Assembly (NCBI RefSeq): GCF_009914755.1
Contig: NC_060939.1
Length of the DNA stretch: 64,000 nucleotides
Strand: one strand, 5' to 3'
Source: the human T2T-CHM13v2.0 reference genome, Homo sapiens
The notes below the pieces were generated by a model. It did not search any database, had not been told where the DNA came from, and was given only the letters and a program-made list of their open reading frames with translations. Numbering within the stretch: position 1 is the stretch's first letter; every line of letters starts with the position of its first letter. The position numbers were made by a program, and so were the translations under genes. This document shows positions 1 through 12,355 of the stretch, one piece after another.

Positions 1-131
1 ATGTGTACCTTTCACATAATCAACAAATGAACTGAATTCTAGAGATTGTAGCTTACATCTCAAATTCTGGTACCTTCTCTCTGCAGTTCAAGAGCTTACA
101 TTTTAACTTACAAACTGAGAGTTCTATTTTT

Positions 132-1485
<1,354 letters not shown>

Positions 1486-1699
1486 CTATTTTTCTTAATT
1501 AAGATATAGATTTGGTGAAATGTATTCCATTTTCCACAGTTTAAAAGGCTTTGGCTCTTACATTTTATTTCCAGAACCATCACCTTAATCATCTGCATTT
1601 CACTATATTTTGAATATTCACTCTTCACGTATTTATCACATGCCTATTGATAAATGAACAGGATCTGGAGCTTAGCAGAATTAGTGATAATAACAGTAA

Positions 1700-1915
1700 T
1701 AATAACTAACATCCATTGAGTTCTTGTGGTGACTCACCCTGGGCTCAGTGTTCAACACAAATTATACAGCTTAGTTTAATCCCCATAGTGACCCTCTGAG
1801 ATTTTGTTATTACCTCCCTTTTACAGATAAGACAGCTGAGGCTCTGAGAGGTGATGTGATGTGTCCAGGTTCATACACACATTCATCCATGTAGGCCTGA
1901 CTCGAAATACAAGCT
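1700..1915 (-). mobile_element. MIR SINE
   Basis: MIR core-like TTTTACAGATAAGACAGCTGAGGCTCTGAGAGG. Confidence 0.7.
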
Positions 1916-2554
1916 CTTGTTTTCTTTTCTCAGTACCAACGCTCCTGGTAGGTCCCCAATCAATTTTTAATTTTCTCTAACTTTCTCTACATTTCCTATG
2001 CCTCAGATACACAACAGGGTCTTCATTCTGCTCTTCACCATCCCCCACAGTGCCTGTCCCAGCTCCTCTCTATATGTCTTATATACTCTCCCCTCACAGG
2101 TATTCCTGATCTTTAAATCTCTCTGTTTTAGCCCTGGATTGGTAGGCTTGAAAATGAGCTTGAGCAGCTCCTGGGGATATCTTTGACCAGGTAAGGAAGC
2201 ATCTTCTACCCAACCATCTGGTTTGTTTTGATTGTTTTGACTTCTCTTTCCCCTGTCAAACCCCTCCTTCTTTCCCCCACCCCATTGCCCCATCATTAGC
2301 TCCATCATCTCTGTGTTCAGGTGAGGGCCTTGCCTTGTGCTTCTCAGCAGATGTCCTTACTCTCACTGCCCCTCACCTGGAAAGCCTTTCCTTTCTCTCC
2401 ACATCTATGAAAATCGTACCTATTCTTTAGGACCCTCCGAAAATATCAATGTGTTCTAAAGTTTTCCTGGTTCTCTAATTGGGTGAAATTTCCCTTTTCT
2501 TTGAGTCATTATGGTGCTTTGTCCACATACAACACCTTATAGTAATGGTACTAA

Positions 2555-2685
2555 TGATGACAAGGAGGAGGAGGATGTGGAAAAGGAGGAGAATGAGAAG
2601 GAGGGGGATAAAGAGAAAAAGATGCAGACAAAGAAGAAGGAGGAAAAGGAGAAGGAGGAAGAGGAAGAGGAGGAGGAGGAGGAGA
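2555..2685 (+). repeat. GA-rich / (GAG)n low-complexity tract
   Basis: Purine run ending GAGGAAGAGGAAGAGGAGGAGGAGGAGGAG. Confidence 0.9.
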
Positions 2686-2689
2686 CCAT

Positions 2690-2860
2690 GACATGCCATG
2701 CACTTCACATGTATTATCTCATTTCTTCTTCACCAACACCTTATGGAATGACACAATGCTGTCACATTTTACAGATGAGAACATTGAGGCTAGAGAGGTC
2801 ATGAGTTTGTCCATGTCCTATGCCACTCAGGAGATGGTCCTCTCTGACTACAGGAACTGG
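2690..2860 (-). mobile_element. MIR SINE
   Basis: CATTTTACAGATGAGAACATTGAGGCTAGAGAGG core. Confidence 0.7.
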
Positions 2861-3054
2861 GTCATCTTTACCTTAAGTTCTCCTCAGTGCTTCTCACAGT
2901 GCCTTGAATCTAGTAGGTTCTCTATGAACATTTTCTAATTGAGTGGAACTGAGATAATTTACCAACTAACTAACAAGCACTATACCTACTACACTTAAGT
3001 GCAGGGGTTGTTTTCCATTTTCTTTCCTCTAATCTTTCTCAATGGACTTTCCTG

Positions 3055-3430
3055 GTGTGGCAGAGACAACGCCACAGGTTCATACAGGAAGACTATGTGT
3101 CATATCTCCTGCTTTGAGTGAGGTCACATGATACATTCTGCCTGCGGAATATGGAAGGATGTCCTAGGCCAGGCCTCTAAAACTCCACTAGATTCCTCCC
3201 CCACCCAACCCTCATTCTCTGTCTTCCTGAATATAAAACATCCAGCACAGAATCCCGCAGTCTAGACTGAAGAAGCCTGGGTCTCTGACTAACTGCATGA
3301 AGCAGATGCCCCCTTTCCAACCCTTTCAACCAACCTGCGCTGGACTAGGCATAAAAGATAGATAATCTTTTATTATGTAAAGAAATTGAGACTTCAGGGT
3401 TATTACAGGCACTACCATTACTTGTTCTGA
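3055..3430 (+). mobile_element. Old MaLR LTR (MLT1I/J-like)
   Basis: GGTCACATGATACATTCTG...GAAGCCTGGGTCTCTGA...TTTTATTATGTAAAG...GAGACTTCAGGGTT resembles an MLT1 LTR layout. Confidence 0.5.
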
Positions 3431-5061
3431 TTAATAATTCACTTGATGTGGAATCCAGGCATTGATTCCACACAGTCTCTCACACAGACCTTTAGTTTTG
3501 AATGAATCCTCCCAGATCGCAAGTGTGGCCAGGGTGGCTGAGTATCAGCATTCTTGAGGTGACAATCACTAAATATGGTCCCGCAAGGGGTGCCTGTCTT
3601 ATTATCTCAGATCCTGACCTAGAGAAGAGGCCCAGTGGAAGATTTTCCAAGCTAATGGCATAAAATTTTTCAGATAAAACAAGAGCAGCAACAAAACAGC
3701 AAAAAAACGTATTTAAGGCTTTTTCCCTTGTTCACCATTCTGCCCTTGTCTTCCCATATTAGATCTTTTTCTTTCCAAACTGTTTATGATGCTGGAAAAT
3801 TCTCTATGGCTTCCCTGGATGGCTCCAACATCTAAAGATGTCTCTCACCTCTGGATTTATTACTGGGCCTCTCTGAGTGGGGTCAAAGGGCATCCCAAGC
3901 CCCATATTCTGAGCCTCCTCCTTCCCTTATGTGCTCCATAACTCTCCTTTGCCATTTATTGACATTTGAGACACTTGATCTATGACTGCCTTTCATTCCC
4001 TCCCCCCTGTATCCATGCCTTGGTTTCCAGGGACAGCAAGAATATATTATTTCAAGAATGAGGACAGGGCCAACTTATTTAGGATCTGTGAGAAAATTAC
4101 TGTGCAGAATTTTGCATAGACTGACATTGCATTTAAGACTTAGGGTTCAACATAGCACCAAACACATTATTCAGATTGTAGATTCAGGAACTTAAGGCTA
4201 GAATTGGAAGTAAAGATCCACACTGTGCTGTTCTCTAACTCTCCGTTTTTTCATCCTCCTGTGAGGTAGGCATTTTCTCCATGTTATGAGGAACCAAGAC
4301 TCAGAGAATGATTGACCATGATGGGGGTAGAACTGAAGATGGAGCCAGGCATTCTGGCTCTTTCCCCTGCACCAGGCAAGCTTCCCCCTTTTGTAACAGA
4401 TTATTTCTAAAAAACATAGCATTTATGTAGGGTATAAATTAGAAATGCTTTGAAAAGCAGACTGGACCTGAAATTTCTGAGTTTCTTAGAAAATCAGCCT
4501 GGGATCATTGCCAGGAGTGTCTGCAAGCCCATGCTGCTCAGGTGGCTTCTTGCCAGATGCCAGCCCTGCTCATCCAAGGTCACAGCCCTGGTCAGCTACG
4601 TGCCAGACCAGAAGGGGCTGCTGTGGATCCGTGGGCCTTGAAGGCTTTGGTTTCTTTATTCTGTTTCCAAATCAACCTTTAATTCTGCAAAATGACTTAG
4701 AATATTGACTTTAAAAATCAGCAGCTCCTGGGCTTTAGGGAGCTGTTATGATATCGGGAATAGAATAGCTAGCTCTGTGGTTGCTGAACTCTGATCTTTG
4801 GAAGTTGCCTGCCCAAGATGGATTTTCAATTGGTGGAGAGTAAATGAGAAAAAAAAAAAAAGGGCAATAGTGAGTATTCTTGTTAAAGATGTTTGTATTC
4901 AATTTAAAGTCCTGCCCTTTATTCCAGAATCATACTTTTCTATTTTTTGATGGTAAAATGATATTGAGGATATGTTATTCTTTTTAAATTCTTAACTGGT
5001 AAAATAAAAAGAAACTCAATCTTTATGTATTTAAGAAATAATATAGAGTATTATATAAATA

Positions 5062-5394
5062 CAGTCATGTGCCACATAATGATGGACCACATATATGACA
5101 ATGGTCCCATAAGATTATACTACCATATTTTTACTATGCTTTTTCTATGTTTAGATATGTTTAGATATACAAATACTTACCATTGTCTTATACTTACCTA
5201 CAGCTTTCAGTATAGTAATGTGCTGTACAGGTTAATAGCCTAGAATCAATAGGCTATACCCTATAGTCTAGATGTGTAGTAGCTTATACCATGTAGGTTT
5301 GTGGAAATACACTCTATGATGTTCACACAATGACAAAATCACATAACAATGTGTTTCTCAGAATGTATTCCTGTCGTTAAGTTATGCATGGCTC
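5062..5394 (+). mobile_element. Tigger3a/Golem-type non-autonomous Tc1/mariner DNA transposon
   Basis: TA|CAGTCATGTGCCACATAA 5' TIR, internal GGTCCCATAAGATTATA, 3' TIR GTCGTTAAGTTATGCATGGCT; ~330 bp. Confidence 0.85.
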
Positions 5395-6649
5395 TCTCTC
5401 TCTTTCTATACATTATAGTACTGGCCCATGTGATGACAAATTTGGAAACTACAACTTTAGCGGATATTTTTCCAGACATAGTAATCTCTGTCATTTGGGG
5501 AAGGGGGTTTTCTTTTGGTATGTTATCAGTCTTGGGTAATCTGTCTTTATCTGAGCAAAATTAAAATTTTATCTTTACCTTCATATCAATCAATTCATGT
5601 ATGGAAAAGCTTTGATCTCTTTTGGCTATAGGGACTAGGGACTTAAGATCTCTTTCTCTTTCTTTCTCTGCATGTGTGTGTGTTTTAGAGGAAAAGAGCT
5701 GGCCTCTTAAGGCTAGGCTACAGGAACTGACTCATGGCCATTTTGGTTTCTTGACACGCAGGAATAAATAAATTTGCTTACTGTCAGCCATGTTAATATT
5801 GGATTAATTTTATTTTTATACCTAATGCAACATTTTTAGTAAAGTAATTAATAAATTACTATGAGATAAAAAAGCAAGGTTTGGGGTCTGTACTACATTT
5901 TACAAAGCAACAATAGTTAACAATGCTACCTTAATAAATACCCCTCATTAATAAATTAGATCAGATATGTTGAGTTAAATTCAATTATATTTATTTCTAA
6001 GTTACGTACATTTTTATGTTAAGAAATGGCTTAGGAATAATTGCTAAGAATCTGTAGGGTTCCAGTCAGGAAGGCACTAATCAGTTCTCTGTTGATTGTT
6101 GCAAATTCGAATAATAAAGTTGAGTTGGTGAAGTAGATTCTATAATTACTCACTGTTGTTAAAATAAAACATCACTAACATGCACTTCTTTAAAGCTCAC
6201 TATGGTCCTTCTCCGTGACATACAGGGACAATCAGGAGCATTTTGGTCTTTATTTATTGGGGCTGCATAATCTAATTATCTCTCATTAGTTCAGAGCTGA
6301 TTATTTCATTTATCTTTGTAAATGTGACAACAAAAGGCTCACTTTAATTAAGCAGATCAGCAATTAGTTCTTGTTTTATAGGAGTTTTAAACATTCCTGT
6401 ACTAATAGCAGGCAGCATGATTATAATCAGAAGCCCAGGAAGAATGGTGGCAGAGGACAGTTTGATTTAGAGCCCCATTTAAGTGAAAGCTATGTAGGCA
6501 AAGTGGCTCTCCAACCACAAAGATCCAGAAAGGGCTAGCCAAACCAGGGAGCAGACTTGAGAGGGCTAGGCCAAGACCTTCTCACCTCCATTATGATATA
6601 GGCAGTGACTTCATTCCTTTTTTTTCAAAAAAATTTATTTATTTGTAAT

Positions 6650-6865
6650 AGTAATTGCTATTATTTATCAATCACCTATTATATCTCAGGCTTTGCATCT
6701 ATTACTTTAGCTATATTAATTTTCTTAAAATCTCATGGTAGTTCTTTGAGGTAGGTATTATTAATTTATCCCCATTTTACAGATGAGTCAACTGAAGGCC
6801 AGAGAGGTTAAGTCATTTGTCCGTGTTTACACAGCTAAGGATTAGAACCCTTATCTGATTTTGCT
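6650..6865 (-). mobile_element. MIR SINE
   Basis: CCCCATTTTACAGATGAGTCAACTGAAGGCCAGAGAGGTTAAGT. Confidence 0.8.
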
Positions 6866-7591
6866 ACTCTGCAAATTGGTTTCTTTTGCTCCATCTCCCT
6901 TCTTGCTCTCTCCTTTCTTCTTTTCCCCTCTCCCCATCCCTTTCTTTTTCCTCACTTCTTTCACTCATCTCCTTGCAATATGCCCGGCACTGTACACTGA
7001 GGTGGAGATATTTACATGAGCAAGACATGGCCAGGACTCTCGAGAAAAGTACAATGTTATAGAGGCAGAGACATAAACTACATAACCATAGCAATGCCTG
7101 AGACAATGTGAGGACAAAGCTAGATAGAAAGGGCACAATCTAGCATGACTGGCACATTTGGCTGCTAAATCAATATTTATTAGAGTGGCTTGGCCTGGCC
7201 CTTCTCATTATTGCACCTTGTGTTTCTCTTCCTTTTCTCCTAATGAGGAACTGCTTCTAACTGCCCAGAACCTTTCTGATTACCTACATGGGTTACACTA
7301 TGTTTAATGGAAATGGAACTTATCTTTATGCAGAAGGCTGGTGTGATCTATCACAGGCTAACTTGCAGTCTCATTTAGATTTTTAGGAATAGTTAGAGGA
7401 AGAATGCGGTAAATATGGATTTTTCAGAAGAAGGGGAAGAAATTGGGAAAACGAAAGAAGACATGGTTGGAAGGAGAGGGAACTTTGTTTCCTTAGAAAG
7501 GAGAAGAGAAAGAGTGAGTTGGGGGATTGGAGGATGGGGTCCTGCCTTCCCGGGGGAGGGGCTGGTGACCATCAGTACAGAGGAACAAGCC

Positions 7592-7691
7592 AATTAGAAC
7601 TAGGTCATCTTCTCAGCTGAGCGATCAGGCTTGGGGGCTCTAATTAGAGCTAGGGCAACTTCTCAGCTGAGTGATCAGGCTTGGGGGCTCT
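7592..7691 (+). repeat. 50-bp direct tandem duplication (2 copies, 46/50 identical)
   Basis: AATTAGAACTAGGTCATCTTCTCAGCTGAGCGATCAGGCTTGGGGGCTCT (7592-7641) vs AATTAGAGCTAGGGCAACTTCTCAGCTGAGTGATCAGGCTTGGGGGCTCT (7642-7691). Confidence 0.92.
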
Positions 7692-7834
7692 GGTCCCTTG
7701 CCAGATTCTTAAGAGATCTCCTCAGAGAACTGGACAGTGTTGCCACCTCTATCCTATACCTGTCACCACTACCCACCTAGTCCTAAGATTATCAGAACAC
7801 CTGCTGATATTTTTAATTACCATGTTTTTCAATG

Positions 7835-8050
7835 TTGGTTTTTGTACTAGGCTCTATGCAAAGCACTTTAAAACACTGTCTTTGCAATATAAATGTAAAT
7901 ATTCAATTATTACATATTATAATTGTATTGTAAGAAGGTATCATTGTCTTCAACGTACCTATGAGAAAACTGAGGCACATTCAGGTAAATTAACTTTCTT
8001 GGATTCACATAGTAGTGGTGACTAGACTTGAGCCTATAATCTTAACTTCT
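7835..8050 (-). mobile_element. MIR SINE
   Basis: ATGAGAAAACTGAGGCACA core. Confidence 0.6.
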
Positions 8051-8189
8051 ATGTAATAATTTCCATATTTCTTTTGGACTTCCTGACCTACCAAGTGTAC
8101 CTGACCCTCAGAAATTATTAAAAAAGTTAATTTAGTTTATTGCTTCTGAAGGTGTTTCTTTATATGTTTAATAAGCCACACATTAGAGA

Positions 8190-8900
8190 CTCTTACTGTA
8201 GGCAACAGAGAACCATTGAAGGATCTAGACTAAGGCGTGGCATGATGGAAGGTGTGTTTTACGATGTGTGGAGGATAATTTGGAAAGAAATTACCATGGA
8301 GTTAGAGATGTTGGTTAGGATGATATTGCAACAGTCCAGTCACAAGTGGATGCAAGCCTGGTAGCAATGGGAGTTGGGAAAAAAGGCACAGGTGTGAGGA
8401 AAATTACAAAGAATAATAAGTTTCAGTGGCTGATAATCATAGGGGGAAAATAAAAGATCCCTGTGCATTGGGGTCTGCACTAACTGAAATACAGGAGTCA
8501 TATGTGACTGGGTAGATGAACTACAAAAGATGTTGAGTGTGGTGATTGGTCTTTTGCCCAGCCCTAAGAAGTATGAATTCAATGGGGATAGAAACCAGTT
8601 TAGAGGGGATTAGGAGGGACTGGATGATGAAGAAGGAGGGAGAGAGCATGTATAACGGTTTTCTGGCCAGGAGGATACAAGTCCATTTCAATAGAGAGCA
8701 TTTGATTCCTCCCTCAGCCCAACTCCATCTGAGGAGGGACTTAGTAGATAGTCACTTTCCACCTCTTCCTCCTACCGATGAGACTGACATGGAATTTAAG
8801 GGTAGGGGCCTGACTTTTTAAATTCATCTCTGCATTCCTAGCACCCAGAGTAGTGCCTAGAGCAGGGTAGGTGCTCAATAAATAATTATTGACTAACTGA
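8190..8900. mobile_element. L2 LINE fragments
   Basis: Degenerate L2-like purine-rich segments and an L2 3' tail GTAGGTGCTCAATAAATAATTATTGA at ~8865-8895. Confidence 0.5.
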
Positions 8901-10259
8901 ATAATTAATGAGCCAGAAACTGAGGCCAGAACTGCTGGTTCTAAGATGATCTCCAGTGGCAGGGGGTGAAGCAAGGGTGGTCAAGGTGCTCCTATAGGGC
9001 AGCTAGGAATGACAAAAAACAGGAGACCAAAGCCGAAGGTCAAAGTGCAGAGGTAAATTTTAGCTTTAAGCCTGAGGGGGTGAGCGTTGCAAAGGGGAAT
9101 GAACAGCAGGGATTCAAAGCAAAGAAATCCCTGTTTAAGAGTGGCATCTGCTGGGGAGCCTCAGGCCCTGGGTGCCCCTTACCAATATAGTAGTTTGGTC
9201 AGTTTAAGGGCACAGATTTGGCGACATCAGAGAGGAAGGTGTAGGTGAAGTAGAAGAAATTTAAGATACTGGCTGGAGAGAGGATTATTGAAGATGCAAG
9301 ACCACAGAGTCACAGTATGTCGCAGGTGGAAAGGATCTTCTATCTTGTGCACAAACACCTTTAAATATTTTAGATAAATAGTCATACAAGGGCTGGGAAG
9401 AAATGAGTTGAGGGAACAGGGAGCAGCATTCATTCTGATCTAGAGAAAAGAACAGCTGTTTCTCTGAAAGAGTGGTGGGTGAAAGGATAGGATCCAGACA
9501 GAAGTTATTCTGAAGTAGAGAGGAGGAATATTAGAGATTTTATATCAAGAAGCGGAAGTTTCGCCTCTTCCTCAAAATATTAGTTGTTTCCCTCTGCTTT
9601 TCTCCTGCACAGGAAGATGGAATGGCATGGGGAACACCCAGACTTGCACTTGCTCCAATTTCCCTCTAACACTATGCAAATAAGAGTGGCCTTCCTGGCA
9701 ACAGCTTAAACCAAAGGCGCTTACATTCTGAAATGGCAACTTGAAAGGAAAGGAAATCCTAATTGGAAACACTTTTCAAGCTCTTGAACAATAATTCCTT
9801 TTCAAAAAAGAGAAAGTTATTTGCTTCCCACAAAACAGAACTTCTACTTAAGTGTGACAATGCATAAAAATTTTTAAAAATACATATAATATAGTGCAGG
9901 TAATTTTACCACTTACATACAAAAAAGAAAAGACGAGAAAAAAAGAATAAAGAAAAAAAGTTAAATCCACACAATAATCCTGAGGTTGATTCAAAGTCTT
10001 TGTTAATACCAAAACATAAAGACATAGGTAGTGCAAAGGACTGATTTTATGTCCCTGCAAAAACTCAGACAGAAAGCTAGACTTCAGAGTTTACATAAAA
10101 TGGATAGAAGTAGGTATGTACTTAGACATGTTAAGGACGAAGGCTCCCAGACCAGAAGACTGCAAGTTAGCAGGGTTTTCCCAGTGCTTATTGAGGAGAG
10201 TAAGCAACATAAAGGGCAAATGTGTTGATGAGGTGGATGTGGGGTGGATCATCAAACCA

Positions 10260-10460
10260 GAACTATAAATGCCTACTCTGTGCCAGGAGGTAGATGTTTT
10301 AATTAAATCCTCACAACAACCACGTGAAGCCACGCAGAGATTTTAGATGAGATACTAAGTGGTTAAGGAGCTTCCATGAGGTCACATGGCTTCAAAATGG
10401 AGGGCCAGCATTTAGCATCTTGGTCTTCTGCTCCCAGAGATCATGCTCTTTCCCCCTCAC
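10260..10460 (-). mobile_element. MIR SINE
   Basis: AATCCTCACAACAACC...TAGATGAGATACTAAG...GAGGTCACATGGC. Confidence 0.6.
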
Positions 10461-11839
10461 TGAGCTGCTGGATGTCTCTGTCCATGCGGGTGGCATGGCC
10501 TCCAGGGACTTAGGAAATGACGCTGTGGAAATGTGTGCTTGCTTTTCCCACTTGCTTTTTGTTCATTGGGTTACTTTTCCTCTCCAGATTAGTTTTTCAG
10601 TTTAATTGGTTTTGGTCTTGGAATTTTTTATAAAACTAGTTATTCTCCCTATTTTGCTTAAGAAAATGTATTCCATTTGATATTTTCTGACCTTACTCTT
10701 GGGTGGGGGAATAATAGAGTATTTTACATGGGAATGAATTGTGTTGTCGTAGGTGAATGTGAGGGAGCTCATAAATCAATCGTGATCCCGGGGGACCATG
10801 GAGGGCCTCCTGGCCCTGGCCAGTGCTCTTTAGACCTCTTTATGCTAATAAAACAGAGATTTCTCTAGGAAGGGCTCCACCTTTGCAAATGACACTCATA
10901 ATAAGCTCAGAGCAGTGTTGCAATAATAGGCTGTTTACCTGCTGGTAATTGGTAATTTAGCCAGTGTAAAGGGGCTAATGGTCTATCTTCTCCATTTGGA
11001 GAATTAAGAAGTAGAATTTTGTCCAAATAAACTGTATTTGTCTGTGGGAGGCCCTGCAGAGAGCCAAGGATAGGGAGTTTGTCTTCCAAGGGTATCCTTG
11101 CTGAAAATACAGATGCGTGAAAACATATAGGGCTAGTCATTTCCAGATTTCTAGACGAGTTACTGAGTTTCTGTGAAGGGACTTTGTCATTTATTTATTT
11201 GACCATCTTGGTAAGAGAGAAATGGGGCAATTTATCAAATGGCAAAGAATATATTACTCTGATTCCTTGTCCTAGTAATGATGACACAGACCAATGAGTG
11301 CTAGTGGAGGACTAGCATGACCATTTAAGACTTGCTTATTTCAGTCTATATAGAGTTAATGTGGATATTTTGTCATAGGGCCTGGGGTCAGGGAGAGGAG
11401 GAAAAGAAAAAAAATGCATTTTTTTCTTAACTAAGTGACCACAAATAGGGATCTTGTTAATGTGATGATGACATGTCAACACAATGAAGAATTACAGAGA
11501 CATTAAAATAACAATGAAACTATACTGAAATAGTTATATGAAAATATACCAAGGGTGTATATGATATGTGCATACAGTGAAAAAAGCAGGACAAAATTGT
11601 GTGTGTTCTCTGATGAGATGCATGTAAAGTAGGACGTGCATGTATATGGACAAATACTGGAGGAAAATATACAAACATGAAAATACTTGGGAGAATGTGG
11701 GTTTGTAAATCTATGGAACAATGCAAGGGGTCATTTGTATCAGATTCATTTTGGCCAAGGGGACTCAGTGTATGAGTTAATTTGCTTACTACTAGTAAGA
11801 ACAATTATATTTTTTCTAGTCAGACAGTGTTGGTCTTAA

Positions 11840-11969
11840 CCCATTTATGCCTGAGGTTGCAATTTTTTTTTGAGTTTTTACAATCAGTCCTTGGCGATGA
11901 CCTTGAGCAGTAAGATATAAATAACTCCCACATGCTTAGTGTTCCAATAATGGAACACTAGGCATAAAT
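11840..11969 (+). mobile_element. MER85, piggyBac (PGBD3)-derived MITE
   Basis: TTAA at 11836-11839, then CCCATTTATGCCTGAGGTTGCAA...GTTCCAATAATGGAACACTAGGCATAAAT, then TTAA at 11970-11973; matches the recalled MER85 consensus. Confidence 0.93.
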
Positions 11970-12029
11970 TTAATTCATTCTAACAGTAGGATTCCTATAG
12001 GCCAATGTAATCACAGAATGATAGAATAA

Positions 12030-12355
12030 TTCAGTGTTTTGAGAGCTCAGCAAAGGGAGCATTCCTTCTACCTAGGCCTCACATAATGTTTTTATGGAAG
12101 GAATAGAATTTACACATGGTTCTGATGTAGACTGAATTTTATCAGGTGGAGATGGGGCTGAAGATATTTCAAATGCAGGAAGAGCACTACCGAAGGCCTA
12201 GGGTAGAAAACGTGCCGAGTATAAAAATGCACGGAGATGATAAAAAAAAAAATTGGTTTGGTTGAAGTCTGGTCATGAAACAGAATGGGGAGAGGTCTTT
12301 AAAAGGTAAATCAGGGACAGGTTATGGATGACCTTGAATGCCTTGCTAAGGACTA
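12030..12355 (-). mobile_element. L2 LINE fragment
   Basis: CAGGTTATGGATGACCTTGAATGCCTTGCTAAGGACT is typical of L2. Confidence 0.55.

Noticed and set aside
2475-2804. Poly-Glu, poly-Arg and poly-Leu ORFs
   Set aside because: Three readings of one GA-rich low-complexity tract that runs into a MIR; not a gene.
7592-7691. Direct repeats (also 56614-56675) as CRISPR-like arrays
   Set aside because: Only 2-3 adjacent copies, no unique spacers of regular length, no cas genes, and a eukaryotic genome.
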